A stretch of 64,000 nt of DNA, from contig CBDUPA010000006.1 of assembly GCA_965368975.1 (NCBI GenBank), forward strand, positions 64,001 to 128,000. The letters run 5' to 3'. This document shows positions 18,701-27,090 of the stretch, one piece after another. Source of the DNA: an uncultured bacterium. Its GTDB lineage: Bacteria; Acidobacteriota; Thermoanaerobaculia; Multivoradales; JAHZIX01. Position 1 is the first letter of the stretch. The number at the start of each line of letters is the position of its first letter. Under the pieces are notes generated by a model. The model was given only the letters and a program-made list of their open reading frames with translations, was not told the origin of the DNA and searched no databases. Made by a program: the position numbers and the translations under genes.

Positions 18701-21451
18701 TTACGGCGCCAACAAGTTGGCGAACAACCGGTAGGCACCGACGACGCCTGTCGGCAGCTGACGGAAGAACGCCAGGCCGGTGTAGATGTACGTGCCCTCG
18801 CCGACCTTGGCGACTAGCAGGCTGCCTTGCAGTTCCTCGCCGCCGGGATCGGCCATCGCCAGCAGCGGCGTGTAGCCGGTGTCCCAGGTGCCGCCGAAGT
18901 ACAGGCCGCGCTCCTGCACCCAGCTGTCCCAGTCGCGCGGACCGAGCCGATTGGGCGTGTGGAAGAACCGGTGCTCCGGATCGAGCAGGCGGACGGCGGC
19001 GGTCTCGTCGGTCACACGGCCGTGCGGGCGCGCGATGTCCAGGGGCAGCGGGGCATAGTCACCGCCGACGAACTGGTATTGCTGGTACTGCACCACCAGG
19101 CGGCCACCCGCGCGCAGGTAGTCGAGCAGGCGGTCGTTGGCCTGGATCAGCGCCGCATCGATCTCGTAGGCGCGGCTGCCGATGACGATCACGTCGTACA
19201 CCGACAGGTCGCCGACCGCCAAGGCCTTGGCGTCGAGGATCTCGAGCGGTACCCCGATCTGGCGCAGAGCTTCCGGCACGCGGTCCGAGGCGCCGCGCAC
19301 GTAACCGACGCGCTGTAGCTCGGGCAACTCGATGTCTCCCACGCTCAGCTCCACCGTCGCCTCCTGCGGCAGCGGCTCCGGGCGGATGTGGCTGTAGTCG
19401 ACCAGCGGCGTGGCGAGTGAGAAGCGGCGGCCATCGTCGGTGACGGCGGTGACGCGGACCTTGTGGCGACCGGTGGGCAGTAGGGTCGGAGGCACCAGGC
19501 GTAGTTGGGCGGCGGTGTCCTCGCCGGCACGCACGTGCAGCCGTGGCGCCTCGTCCGCTAGCTCGATCGGCGGCCAGCCGGCCGGTACCTCGACCTCCAG
19601 CCGGGCGTCGAGATCTTGCGCGCTGTGGTTGCTGAGGCGCACCTCCAGGGTACGCGGGGCGGTCTGGGCGCTGGGCCAGACGATCTGCCGCGGGCTGATC
19701 GCGACTTCCAGCGCGGGCACCACGCGTAGTGGTCGCCGGATCTCGCCCACGGCCTGATCGGCGGTGCGGTAGACGGCTTCCCGGCGTAGCTGCAGCGGCG
19801 CGCCGTCGAGTTGGGCACTCACGGTGCCGAGAATCGGTGCCGGCTGGAAAGGCTGACCACGCAGTTCCGCCGGCACATCATTCCAGTTGTAGAGGCTGCC
19901 CTGCAGTGGTTGTTGCAAGAAGTAGGCGCGGCTGGCCGGGACCTCGGCCGGGACCGTGACCTCGAAGCGCCACCGGCGCAGCTCCCCGCGGCCGAGGGGC
20001 CAGGGGCCCTCAGTGCTGGAAACAGCATCAGCACCTTCCTGGCCCTCACGAGGTTCGTCCGCCACCATCAATTCGCCCGTTGCGGTCCAGCCGTCGGGCA
20101 GCTGCAGCTCGACGTGTTCGACGCTCAAGTCGCGGCGGCCACTGTTCCAGACGCTCAGGACGACCGGTGTCGTTGCGCCCGGCACCAGTGCTGGCTGGTC
20201 GCTCCAGACGTCGAACATCAGGTCGGCGGCGGCACTCAGCGCCTGGCTGCCAACCTGCAGCTTCTCGTTGATCAGCTCGGCGCAGCCGCGGGCTCCCGGA
20301 ACCCTGTTGTCGATGGCCGGCTGCAGGGCTTCCCGTGCTTGGCGCAGCTGGTCGAGGATCTCCAGGATTGGGTCGACGAAGCGCTGTAGTGTCGACGGGG
20401 CGAGATCGCGGCGCGCTTGCTGCGCCAGCACTTCGGCCTGGCTGAGATGATCCTCGACGCGCGCGCGCACCTCGCCCTCGGGCAGGCCTGCTGCCATCGC
20501 GGTCAGGCTGGTGTCGATACCGGAGAAGGCGCCGTCCCGTCCCTCGCTGGTTGCCGCGCCTGCTTCCGGTACCAGCCGGTTTTCGCGTCCGCCGGGGTCC
20601 TGCAGCCGGCCCATGTCCTGGGAGCGGTGTTCGCTACGGCTGGCGATGGCCAATTGCAAGAAGGACTTGCCGGTCAGCGGATCGACGCCGCCGAGCGGAA
20701 AGCGCAGCGCCTCGACGTTCGGCCCGGCGAACCAGCCGGCGCGGTAGAAAGCTTGCGGTTGCCAGGGCTCGTAGCCTTCGTCGAGCAGCTGCGGTAGCGC
20801 CTCGGGGTCACCGGCCCGCTCGAAGGCCTCCTGGGCGATCAGCGCTGATGCTTGGTGCTGCCCATGGCCAGCGCGGGCGTCGCCTGGAAAAATGGCAACG
20901 ATGACTTGCGGTCGGAAGCGGCGTACCACGCGCACGGCGTCTTCGAGCAGAATCTCGCGCGGCCACAGCTCGAAGGTCTCGTCCAGAGAGCGGGTGTAGC
21001 CGAAGTCGTAGGCGCGGGTGAAGTACTGGCGCGCTCCGTCGATGCGGCGAGCGGACATCAGTTCGCGGCTGCGGATCAGTCCGAGGCCGACGCCCAACTC
21101 TGTGCCGATCAGGTTCTGCCCGCCTTCGCCTCGGTTGAGAGAGAGGTAGGCGGCCTCGCCGCCCTGACCGCGTGCAACGAAGGTCAGGAGCGAGGTGTCC
21201 TCGTCGTCCGGGTGGGCTGCGATGATGAGTAGCCGCCGGTGTCCCGACAACTTGGCCAGGGCGCGGTCGACCAGCTCGACGCCACCGGTGGTGACGGGCT
21301 CGAGCGCGGCGCGCAGAGTGTCCGCGGCGGTTGTCCCGTAGAGGCCGGGTTCGGTCTGGGCGCTACTGGCAGCCGTGCCGGCGGCGAGAAGGAACGCGGT
21401 GACCAAGATGGTGACGAGTCGGGTGGGAGCAGGCAGGTTGAAACGGCTCAT
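18701..21451 (-). CDS. PIG-L/LmbE family deacetylase with NEW3-like and GATase-like C-terminal domains
   Basis: Signal peptide, AHPDDE, GEGGQN..G.E, DFGYT, HGQH, C-terminal FFRQLP.GV.GAYRLFANL. Confidence 0.9.
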   Translation of the reverse strand: MSRFNLPAPTRLVTILVTAFLLAAGTAASSAQTEPGLYGTTAADTLRAALEPVTTGGVELVDRALAKLSGHRRLLIIAAHPDDEDTSLLTFVARGQGGEAAYLSLNRGEGGQNLIGTELGVGLGLIRSRELMSARRIDGARQYFTRAYDFGYTRSLDETFELWPREILLEDAVRVVRRFRPQVIVAIFPGDARAGHGQHQASALIAQEAFERAGDPEALPQLLDEGYEPWQPQAFYRAGWFAGPNVEALRFPLGGVDPLTGKSFLQLAIASRSEHRSQDMGRLQDPGGRENRLVPEAGAATSEGRDGAFSGIDTSLTAMAAGLPEGEVRARVEDHLSQAEVLAQQARRDLAPSTLQRFVDPILEILDQLRQAREALQPAIDNRVPGARGCAELINEKLQVGSQALSAAADLMFDVWSDQPALVPGATTPVVLSVWNSGRRDLSVEHVELQLPDGWTATGELMVADEPREGQEGADAVSSTEGPWPLGRGELRRWRFEVTVPAEVPASRAYFLQQPLQGSLYNWNDVPAELRGQPFQPAPILGTVSAQLDGAPLQLRREAVYRTADQAVGEIRRPLRVVPALEVAISPRQIVWPSAQTAPRTLEVRLSNHSAQDLDARLEVEVPAGWPPIELADEAPRLHVRAGEDTAAQLRLVPPTLLPTGRHKVRVTAVTDDGRRFSLATPLVDYSHIRPEPLPQEATVELSVGDIELPELQRVGYVRGASDRVPEALRQIGVPLEILDAKALAVGDLSVYDVIVIGSRAYEIDAALIQANDRLLDYLRAGGRLVVQYQQYQFVGGDYAPLPLDIARPHGRVTDETAAVRLLDPEHRFFHTPNRLGPRDWDSWVQERGLYFGGTWDTGYTPLLAMADPGGEELQGSLLVAKVGEGTYIYTGLAFFRQLPTGVVGAYRLFANLLAP

Positions 21452-21517
21452 GACGACGGATTGTACTGCGGCCTGTTCTACAGTCGGGGAAAAACCCAAC
21501 TCGGTCCGTCTAAACCT

Positions 21518-21725
21518 ATGAAGGCGACGAAGGCCGTAGATCCGATCCTTGAGTGGTCTGCGGCAGTTTCGTAGCCGGGCCGTCGGGGTCCCATCGGCGT
21601 CCAACTTTCGGGGCCCCGTTCGCTGGCAGTCTCTGTGGCTACCGGCCGGCCGCAACCCCCTCTGTCACTCCCTTCTACAAGGCCCTCACCACCGTTTCGA
21701 TGGTGGTGGGGGCTCCCTCCTTTGG
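21518..21725 (+). ncRNA. Putative structured small RNA
   Basis: Nested stems (21571-76/21637-42; 21584-92/21610-18), CU-rich tract, 14-bp hairpin with UUCG loop at 21682-21713 whose G-U pairs favour the + strand. Confidence 0.35.
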
Positions 21726-21749
21726 GGGCGCAGTCCAGTTTCCCACCTT

Positions 21750-23237
21750 CTATGTTTCCGTCATGAGGCGGTACAGCTCTTCGTACTTGACGCCTTGCAT
21801 CTGCCACGAGAAATCTTGTGCCATACCGTTGCGCATCAGCTGCTCCCAGGCGTCCGGGTCGGCGTAGGTGTCCAGCGCGTAGCTGATCGCCCAGCGCAAG
21901 GCGTCGGTGTTGTAGTGCTCGAAGACGAAGCCGGTCCCCTCGCGCGTCTGTCCGTCCCACAGTTGGACGGTGTCGGCCAGACCGCCAGTCTTGCGCACGA
22001 TCGGCGGCGTGCCGTACCGTAGGCTGTACATCTGGTTGAGACCGCACGGCTCGTAGCGCGACGGCATCAGGAAGCTGTCGGCGCCAGCTTCGATCAGGTG
22101 CGCGAGTTCTTCGGAGTAGCCGCGGTAGTAGCAGACGCGGCCCGGGAAGGCCTGTTGCAATTGTTGGAAGAAGTCCTGGTACTTGGCCTCGCCGCTGCCC
22201 AGTATCGTCAGCCGCACGTCGCCGCGGGCGCGCAATAGGGCCGGCAGGACGTCGAAGAAGAGGTCGAAGCCTTTCTGCCCGGTAAGTCGCGAGACGACGC
22301 CGAAGGTGAGCGCCCGCGGGTCGGCGTCGAGGCCGAGCGAGCGCAGCAGGTGTAGCTTGGTCTCGTGCTTGCCGCTCAGGTCGTTGGCGTCGTAGGTGTG
22401 CGGGATCAACGCGTCCTGGGCCGGGTTCCAGTCTTCGTAGTCGACACCGTTGACAATCCCTACCAGTGATTCGCGGCGCGCGCGCAGCAAAGGATGCAAG
22501 CCGCGCCCGAACTCCTCGGTCTGGATCTCGAGCGCGTAGGTGCGACTGACGGTACTCAGCACATCGGCGTAGAGCAGGCCGGTGACCAGGAAGTTGAGTC
22601 GACCCGCTTGCAGGTCGTCCTGGTGCAACTTGGAGGCGAAGCCGCCGAGATCCAGCGACTCGATCACCGCCGCCGGGAACACACCCTGGTAGGCCAGGTT
22701 GTGCAGGGTCAGCAGCGTACGGCTGTGGGCGAACAGCTGGTCCCAGCTGTAGTGGTGACGCAGGTAGAAGGGTAGCAGCGCGGTGTGCCAGTCGTTGCAG
22801 TGGAAGACGTCCGGCCCCCAGCCCATACGCTGGCAGCACTCGATCACCACGCGCGACAGGAAGCCGAAGCGCAGCCACTCGTCGTCGCCACCGTAGATGC
22901 CGTCGCGGCCGTAGAGGGCCGGGCAGTGCAGGAAGTAGGTGCCGAGCGGGTGGTCCTGGCCATCTTGGCCGTGCCCCTTGCGGTCGCGCAGCTGCAGCAC
23001 GCTGTAAGTGAAGGCGTGGTTGCCGAAGTGGAGGGTCTGGTTCTGCAGGAAGCCGACCGGGGTCAGGTCCAGGTCACTGGTGTCGATGCTGCGGTACAGC
23101 GGCAGAAACAGGCGTACGTCGTGCCCCGCTTCGGCCAAGTAGCGTGGCAAAGCTGCCGCCACGTCGGCGAGGCCGCCGGTCTTGGCGTAAGGGGTGACTT
23201 CGGAGGCGACGAAGCAGATCTTCAATCTTGTTTCCAT
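21750..23237 (-). CDS. glgA: Glycogen synthase
   Basis: ASEVTPYAKTGGLADV, HCNDWHT, TLHNLAYQG, GIVNGVDY..WNP, SRLT.QKG, MPSRYEPCGLNQ; start ATG 23237. Confidence 0.95.
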   Translation of the reverse strand: METRLKICFVASEVTPYAKTGGLADVAAALPRYLAEAGHDVRLFLPLYRSIDTSDLDLTPVGFLQNQTLHFGNHAFTYSVLQLRDRKGHGQDGQDHPLGTYFLHCPALYGRDGIYGGDDEWLRFGFLSRVVIECCQRMGWGPDVFHCNDWHTALLPFYLRHHYSWDQLFAHSRTLLTLHNLAYQGVFPAAVIESLDLGGFASKLHQDDLQAGRLNFLVTGLLYADVLSTVSRTYALEIQTEEFGRGLHPLLRARRESLVGIVNGVDYEDWNPAQDALIPHTYDANDLSGKHETKLHLLRSLGLDADPRALTFGVVSRLTGQKGFDLFFDVLPALLRARGDVRLTILGSGEAKYQDFFQQLQQAFPGRVCYYRGYSEELAHLIEAGADSFLMPSRYEPCGLNQMYSLRYGTPPIVRKTGGLADTVQLWDGQTREGTGFVFEHYNTDALRWAISYALDTYADPDAWEQLMRNGMAQDFSWQMQGVKYEELYRLMTET

Positions 23238-23458
23238 TCCGCTTGTTCCCATTCTGCCGGGATTTCGCGGGGTTTGAGGACGCCGGCCTTGTGCGCGAAA
23301 GCCAGAGTTTGTTCGACCCACCGCAGTCGTTGGGCGAGTGTTGTGCGCTGAGCCAGCTCCCGACGTAGACGCTCTGCACCCTCGAAGGTTCCGTAGGACC
23401 AATCCGGTTCGATGGGGGGAAGGGGCATGCGCTGCTTCATGGTTCGGCTTTCTGCCAT
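23222..23458 (-). CDS. Small hypothetical protein, putative partner (antitoxin-like) of the upstream nucleotidyltransferase
   Basis: 78 aa, starts 3 nt after the NTase stop, overlaps glgA start, same lower-GC patch. Confidence 0.6.
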   Translation of the reverse strand: MAESRTMKQRMPLPPIEPDWSYGTFEGAERLRRELAQRTTLAQRLRWVEQTLAFAHKAGVLKPREIPAEWEQAEWKQD

Positions 23459-23461
23459 TAC

Positions 23462-23953
23462 TTATTGCGAGTGGATTCTCAGGAGTTCTTCTATGTCTTC
23501 TTCGTCGCGTCGCCGTCCCACTTCTTTCTTGATCGTGATCAGATCTTCGAGCGACGCGATTCGTACCTGTGAATCTCCCAATTCGTGTAATTCGGAGCGT
23601 TCCCAGAGTTGCTCGAAGGGAAGTGGGTAGTCGACGAAGAGGTCCACATTGACGATAGGATCGTTCAAATCGCGCATCGAGAACACCGTCATGTGCTTGT
23701 TCTCGATCCAGTCGCGCCTTGCTTCGGGATCTGCAAACTTCTCGGCCGGTACTGGAACCAACGGTGTGAGTCCCAAGCCCTGTAGGGCTTCAATGGCCCG
23801 AAGTGCTTCTCTTGGCTCCAGATCAATGACCAGATCCAAATCCTGGGTCACACGGATGTAGCCATGCAGCACGACCGCGATACCCCCGACCGTCACGTAG
23901 CGGACCTGGGCTTCTTCGAGTGCTGCGAATACCGTTTCGAACCAACTCTGCAT
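23462..23953 (-). CDS. Nucleotidyltransferase (AbiEii/DUF6036-like, pol-beta superfamily)
   Basis: VGGIAV..HG..R.T.DLD, VDLF, C-terminal K...GR.RD.ED. Confidence 0.8.
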   Translation of the reverse strand: MQSWFETVFAALEEAQVRYVTVGGIAVVLHGYIRVTQDLDLVIDLEPREALRAIEALQGLGLTPLVPVPAEKFADPEARRDWIENKHMTVFSMRDLNDPIVNVDLFVDYPLPFEQLWERSELHELGDSQVRIASLEDLITIKKEVGRRRDEEDIEELLRIHSQ

Positions 23954-23997
23954 AGAAGATCAGTATAGCCCCGCGACGGCATATACTGCTCTCTATG
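23951..23997. promoter_or_regulatory. Palindromic bidirectional leaderless promoter
   Basis: CAT-agaagatc-AGTATA-gcc...ggca-TATACT-gctctct-ATG: two TATACT boxes 8 and 7 nt from divergent ATGs within an imperfect inverted repeat. Confidence 0.6.
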
Positions 23998-25245
23998 ACG
24001 TCGCTCGAGACCCGTAACGTCGTTTTCGTCGCCCCGTTCTTCCTGCCCGCGACGCTGCGCTTTGTCGAGGCAGCGGCGGATCTGCCCGGGGTGCGGCTGG
24101 CGCTCGTGACCCAAGAAAAAGTGACACAGCAGACGGTGGAGCAGCTGCCGTCGGCGCTACGGTCGAAAGTCGTGGCGCACTGGGGGGTCGACGATGCGCT
24201 CGACGCCGAGCAGCTGACCACCGCCGTGCGTGGCTTGGCGGACCGGCTGGGACCTGTGCATCGACTGATGGGGGCACTCGAGCAGCTGCAAGAACCGTTG
24301 GCGGCGGTGCGCGAGGCACTCGGCATCGACGGCATGGGGGTCGAGACGGCGGGCAACTTCCGCCAGAAGGCGCGCATGAAAGATGTTCTGCGTGCCGCCG
24401 GCCTGCCGTGTGCTCGTCACTGCCTGGCTGAAGACCCGCGGGCCGCCGAAGACTTTGCCACCGAGGTCGGGTTTCCGCTCGTGCTCAAGCCGCCGGCCGG
24501 AGCCGGAGCGCAGGGGACCTTCCGGGTCGACAATATGGCTGCCCTGCGGCAGGCCGTCGAGGTGTTTCGACCGGCGCCGGGCAAAGCCATGCTGATCGAG
24601 GAATTCATCACCGGCGACGAGTACAGCTTCGAGACGCTGAGCTTGCACGGCGAGCCGCTGTGGTCGTCGATCACGCACTATCGACCGGCTCCGCTGGACG
24701 TGCTGCGCAACCCCTGGATCCAGTGGTGCGTGCTCTTGCCGCGCGAAATCCACGCGCCGCCCTGGAGCGACATCCAGGAGGTCGGTCTGCAGGCGTTGCA
24801 GGCTTTGGGCATGGGTACTGGCCTGACGCACATGGAGTGGTTCCGGCGCAAGGACGGCAGCGTGGCGATCTCGGAAGTTGCCGCCCGTCCACCGGGAGCC
24901 CAGATCACCAACCTTCTGTCGTGGGCACACGAGGTCGATTTCAAGCGCGTTTGGGCAGAACTGATGATCTACGACCGGTTGCACATTCCGGAGCGCAAGT
25001 TCGCGACCGGTGCTGCTTTCCTGCGCGGCCAGGGGCGTGGCACCGTCAAGGCGGTGCACGGCCTGGACGTGGCGCAGCGCGAGGTCGGCGAACTGGTGGT
25101 CGAGACTCACCTGCCACGGGCGGGACAGCCGCAGGCCAGTAGCTATGAAGGCGAAGGGTACGTGATCCTGCGCCACGAAGACACCGAAGTCGTCGCGCGC
25201 GCTCTCAGCCGTCTGGTCCAGCGCGTCCAGGTCGAGCTGGGCTGA
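23995..25245 (+). CDS. ATP-grasp domain protein (L-amino-acid ligase-like)
   Basis: FRQKARMK, GFPLVLKPPAGAG, EEFITG.E.S, THMEWF, EVAARPPG. Confidence 0.9.
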   Translation: MTSLETRNVVFVAPFFLPATLRFVEAAADLPGVRLALVTQEKVTQQTVEQLPSALRSKVVAHWGVDDALDAEQLTTAVRGLADRLGPVHRLMGALEQLQEPLAAVREALGIDGMGVETAGNFRQKARMKDVLRAAGLPCARHCLAEDPRAAEDFATEVGFPLVLKPPAGAGAQGTFRVDNMAALRQAVEVFRPAPGKAMLIEEFITGDEYSFETLSLHGEPLWSSITHYRPAPLDVLRNPWIQWCVLLPREIHAPPWSDIQEVGLQALQALGMGTGLTHMEWFRRKDGSVAISEVAARPPGAQITNLLSWAHEVDFKRVWAELMIYDRLHIPERKFATGAAFLRGQGRGTVKAVHGLDVAQREVGELVVETHLPRAGQPQASSYEGEGYVILRHEDTEVVARALSRLVQRVQVELG

Positions 25246-25305
25246 ACCCGTCATGGACGCACAGAGGCGGCGAGCGAACCTCGCTCAGCAGGAGACTCGA
25301 TCATC

Positions 25306-26526
25306 ATGAAAGTCCTCATGTTCTCGCCCGGTTTCCCGGCCGAGATGCCCTTCTTCACGCGTGGTCTGGCCGCTGCCGGCGCGCAAGTGCTGGGCATTGG
25401 CGACCAGCCCGAGTCGATGCTACCGGAGCCAGCGCGCGAGTGCCTGGCCGCGTACCTGCGCCTGCCCAACCTGTGGGACGAAGCCGCAGTGATCGACGCC
25501 GTGCGTCGCTGGGTGGCACCGCTGGGTGGAGTCGACCGCGTCGAGTGCCTGTGGGAACCGGGCATGGTGCTGGCGGCGCGCTTGCGCACGGCGCTGGGGC
25601 TGCCCGGCATGGGCGTCGAGCAGACGGTGCGCTTCCGCGACAAGGGGGAGATGAAGAAGGCGCTCGACGACGCCGGAATCCGCACGCCGAGGCACGCGCG
25701 GTCCAAGACTGTACACGGTTGCCTGGAAGCGGCCGAGCGGATCGGCTATCCGCTGATCCTCAAGCCGATCGCGGGCGCCGGCAGTCAGGACACCTACAAA
25801 GCCGAGAGCCAGGCGGAGTTGGAGGACATTCTGCCGCGCTTGCGGCACGTCGACGAGGTGAGCGTCGAGGAGTACATCGACGGCGAGGAGTACACCTTCG
25901 ACACCATCTGTGCCGGCGGCGAGATCCTGTTCCACAACATCGCCTGGTACCGGCCCAAGCCGCTGATCGCCCGCAACGTCGAGTGGATCAGTCCGCAGAC
26001 GGTGAATCTGCGCGACACCTCCGGGCTGCACTTCGCTGCCGGCCAGCAGTTGGGGCGCGATGTGCTGCGCGCGCTCGGTTTCCGCACCGGCTTCAGCCAC
26101 ATGGAGTGGTTCCTGAAGCCCAATGGGGAGGCGGTGTTTGGTGAGATCGGCGCGCGCCCACCGGGTGGACGCTCGGTCGATCTGATGAACTACACCTGTG
26201 ACACCGACGTCTACCGTGGCTGGGGCGACGCCATCGCCGGTCGCCGGTTCACTCAGCCGACGCAGCGCAAGTACAACGCCATCGCGGTGTTCAAACGGGC
26301 GCACGGCGAAGGTCGCATCCAGCGGATCGAAGGGCTGGAGCGGTTGCTGTCACGCTTCGGCAGGTACGTCGCGTGCGTCGACCTGCTACCTGTGGGCCAT
26401 CCGCGCCGTAACTGGCGCCAGACCCTGCTCTCGGACGGCTACCTGATCGTCCGCCACCCGGACCTCGAGACGGCGCTCGACATGGCGGACCGGGTGGGGA
26501 CGGATCTACAGCTATACGCCGGGTAG
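25306..26526 (+). CDS. ATP-grasp domain protein (L-amino-acid ligase-like)
   Basis: FRDKGEMK, GYPLILKPIAGAGS, EEYIDGEE, SHMEWF, EIGARPPG; AGGAG RBS. Confidence 0.9.
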   Translation: MKVLMFSPGFPAEMPFFTRGLAAAGAQVLGIGDQPESMLPEPARECLAAYLRLPNLWDEAAVIDAVRRWVAPLGGVDRVECLWEPGMVLAARLRTALGLPGMGVEQTVRFRDKGEMKKALDDAGIRTPRHARSKTVHGCLEAAERIGYPLILKPIAGAGSQDTYKAESQAELEDILPRLRHVDEVSVEEYIDGEEYTFDTICAGGEILFHNIAWYRPKPLIARNVEWISPQTVNLRDTSGLHFAAGQQLGRDVLRALGFRTGFSHMEWFLKPNGEAVFGEIGARPPGGRSVDLMNYTCDTDVYRGWGDAIAGRRFTQPTQRKYNAIAVFKRAHGEGRIQRIEGLERLLSRFGRYVACVDLLPVGHPRRNWRQTLLSDGYLIVRHPDLETALDMADRVGTDLQLYAG

Positions 26527-26543
26527 ATCGTTAGCTGATCAAC

Positions 26544-26987
26544 TCAGAAAGCGAAGGTCCCGATGCCGTAGTAGCACGGGTTCTCGGAACAAGCGATCAT
26601 CTCGACGCGGATGGTGTACTTGCCGGTGTACTTGGTGTCTAGCGTCACCACTGGAACGTCGTCGTCTTCGACATCGCGGTCGAGTTCGTTGCCGTACGCG
26701 TCGTACAGGAACATGTCCATGTCGGAGCAGTCGACGTCGCAAACGCCCACCAGAGCGTAGCTGTCACCAGCGTCAAGCTCGATCGTGATGGTGTCCGACT
26801 TGCGGTTGTCGATCGCGTCGATGTAGGGCTCGTGACTCCTGCGCGCGCCTTCGCCTAGGAGGCGCTTGGCGACGGCATCGAGCTGCGCGTTCACCTGTTC
26901 CTCGAATTCGTTGGCCTCGGCTAGGTCGGCGAACAGCAGAAGTGCAGCAAGGCCAGCACAGGCCAGGAGAGCGGCCTTCCTCATCAT
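26544..26987 (-). CDS. Secreted protein with PPC-like (pre-peptidase C-terminal) domain
   Basis: Signal peptide, GVCD.DC.D.D..LYD..GN....D..DDD.P motif, C...PC tail. Confidence 0.75.
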   Translation of the reverse strand: MMRKAALLACAGLAALLLFADLAEANEFEEQVNAQLDAVAKRLLGEGARRSHEPYIDAIDNRKSDTITIELDAGDSYALVGVCDVDCSDMDMFLYDAYGNELDRDVEDDDVPVVTLDTKYTGKYTIRVEMIACSENPCYYGIGTFAF

Positions 26988-27090
26988 GTTCAACCCCTTT
27001 CTCGGGCAGGGCCACCGGCCCGACGATTTTCGTGTCGGTGCCTGCGTGTGTAGTTGATAGCAGGAACTATAGGAAGGCAGGCCAGCCGAG

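Noticed and set aside
21518-21725. 6S, SRP, tmRNA or RNase P identity for the structured intergenic RNA
   Set aside because: No SRP GGAA-loop motif, no tRNA-like ends, no clear 6S central bubble; left as unassigned
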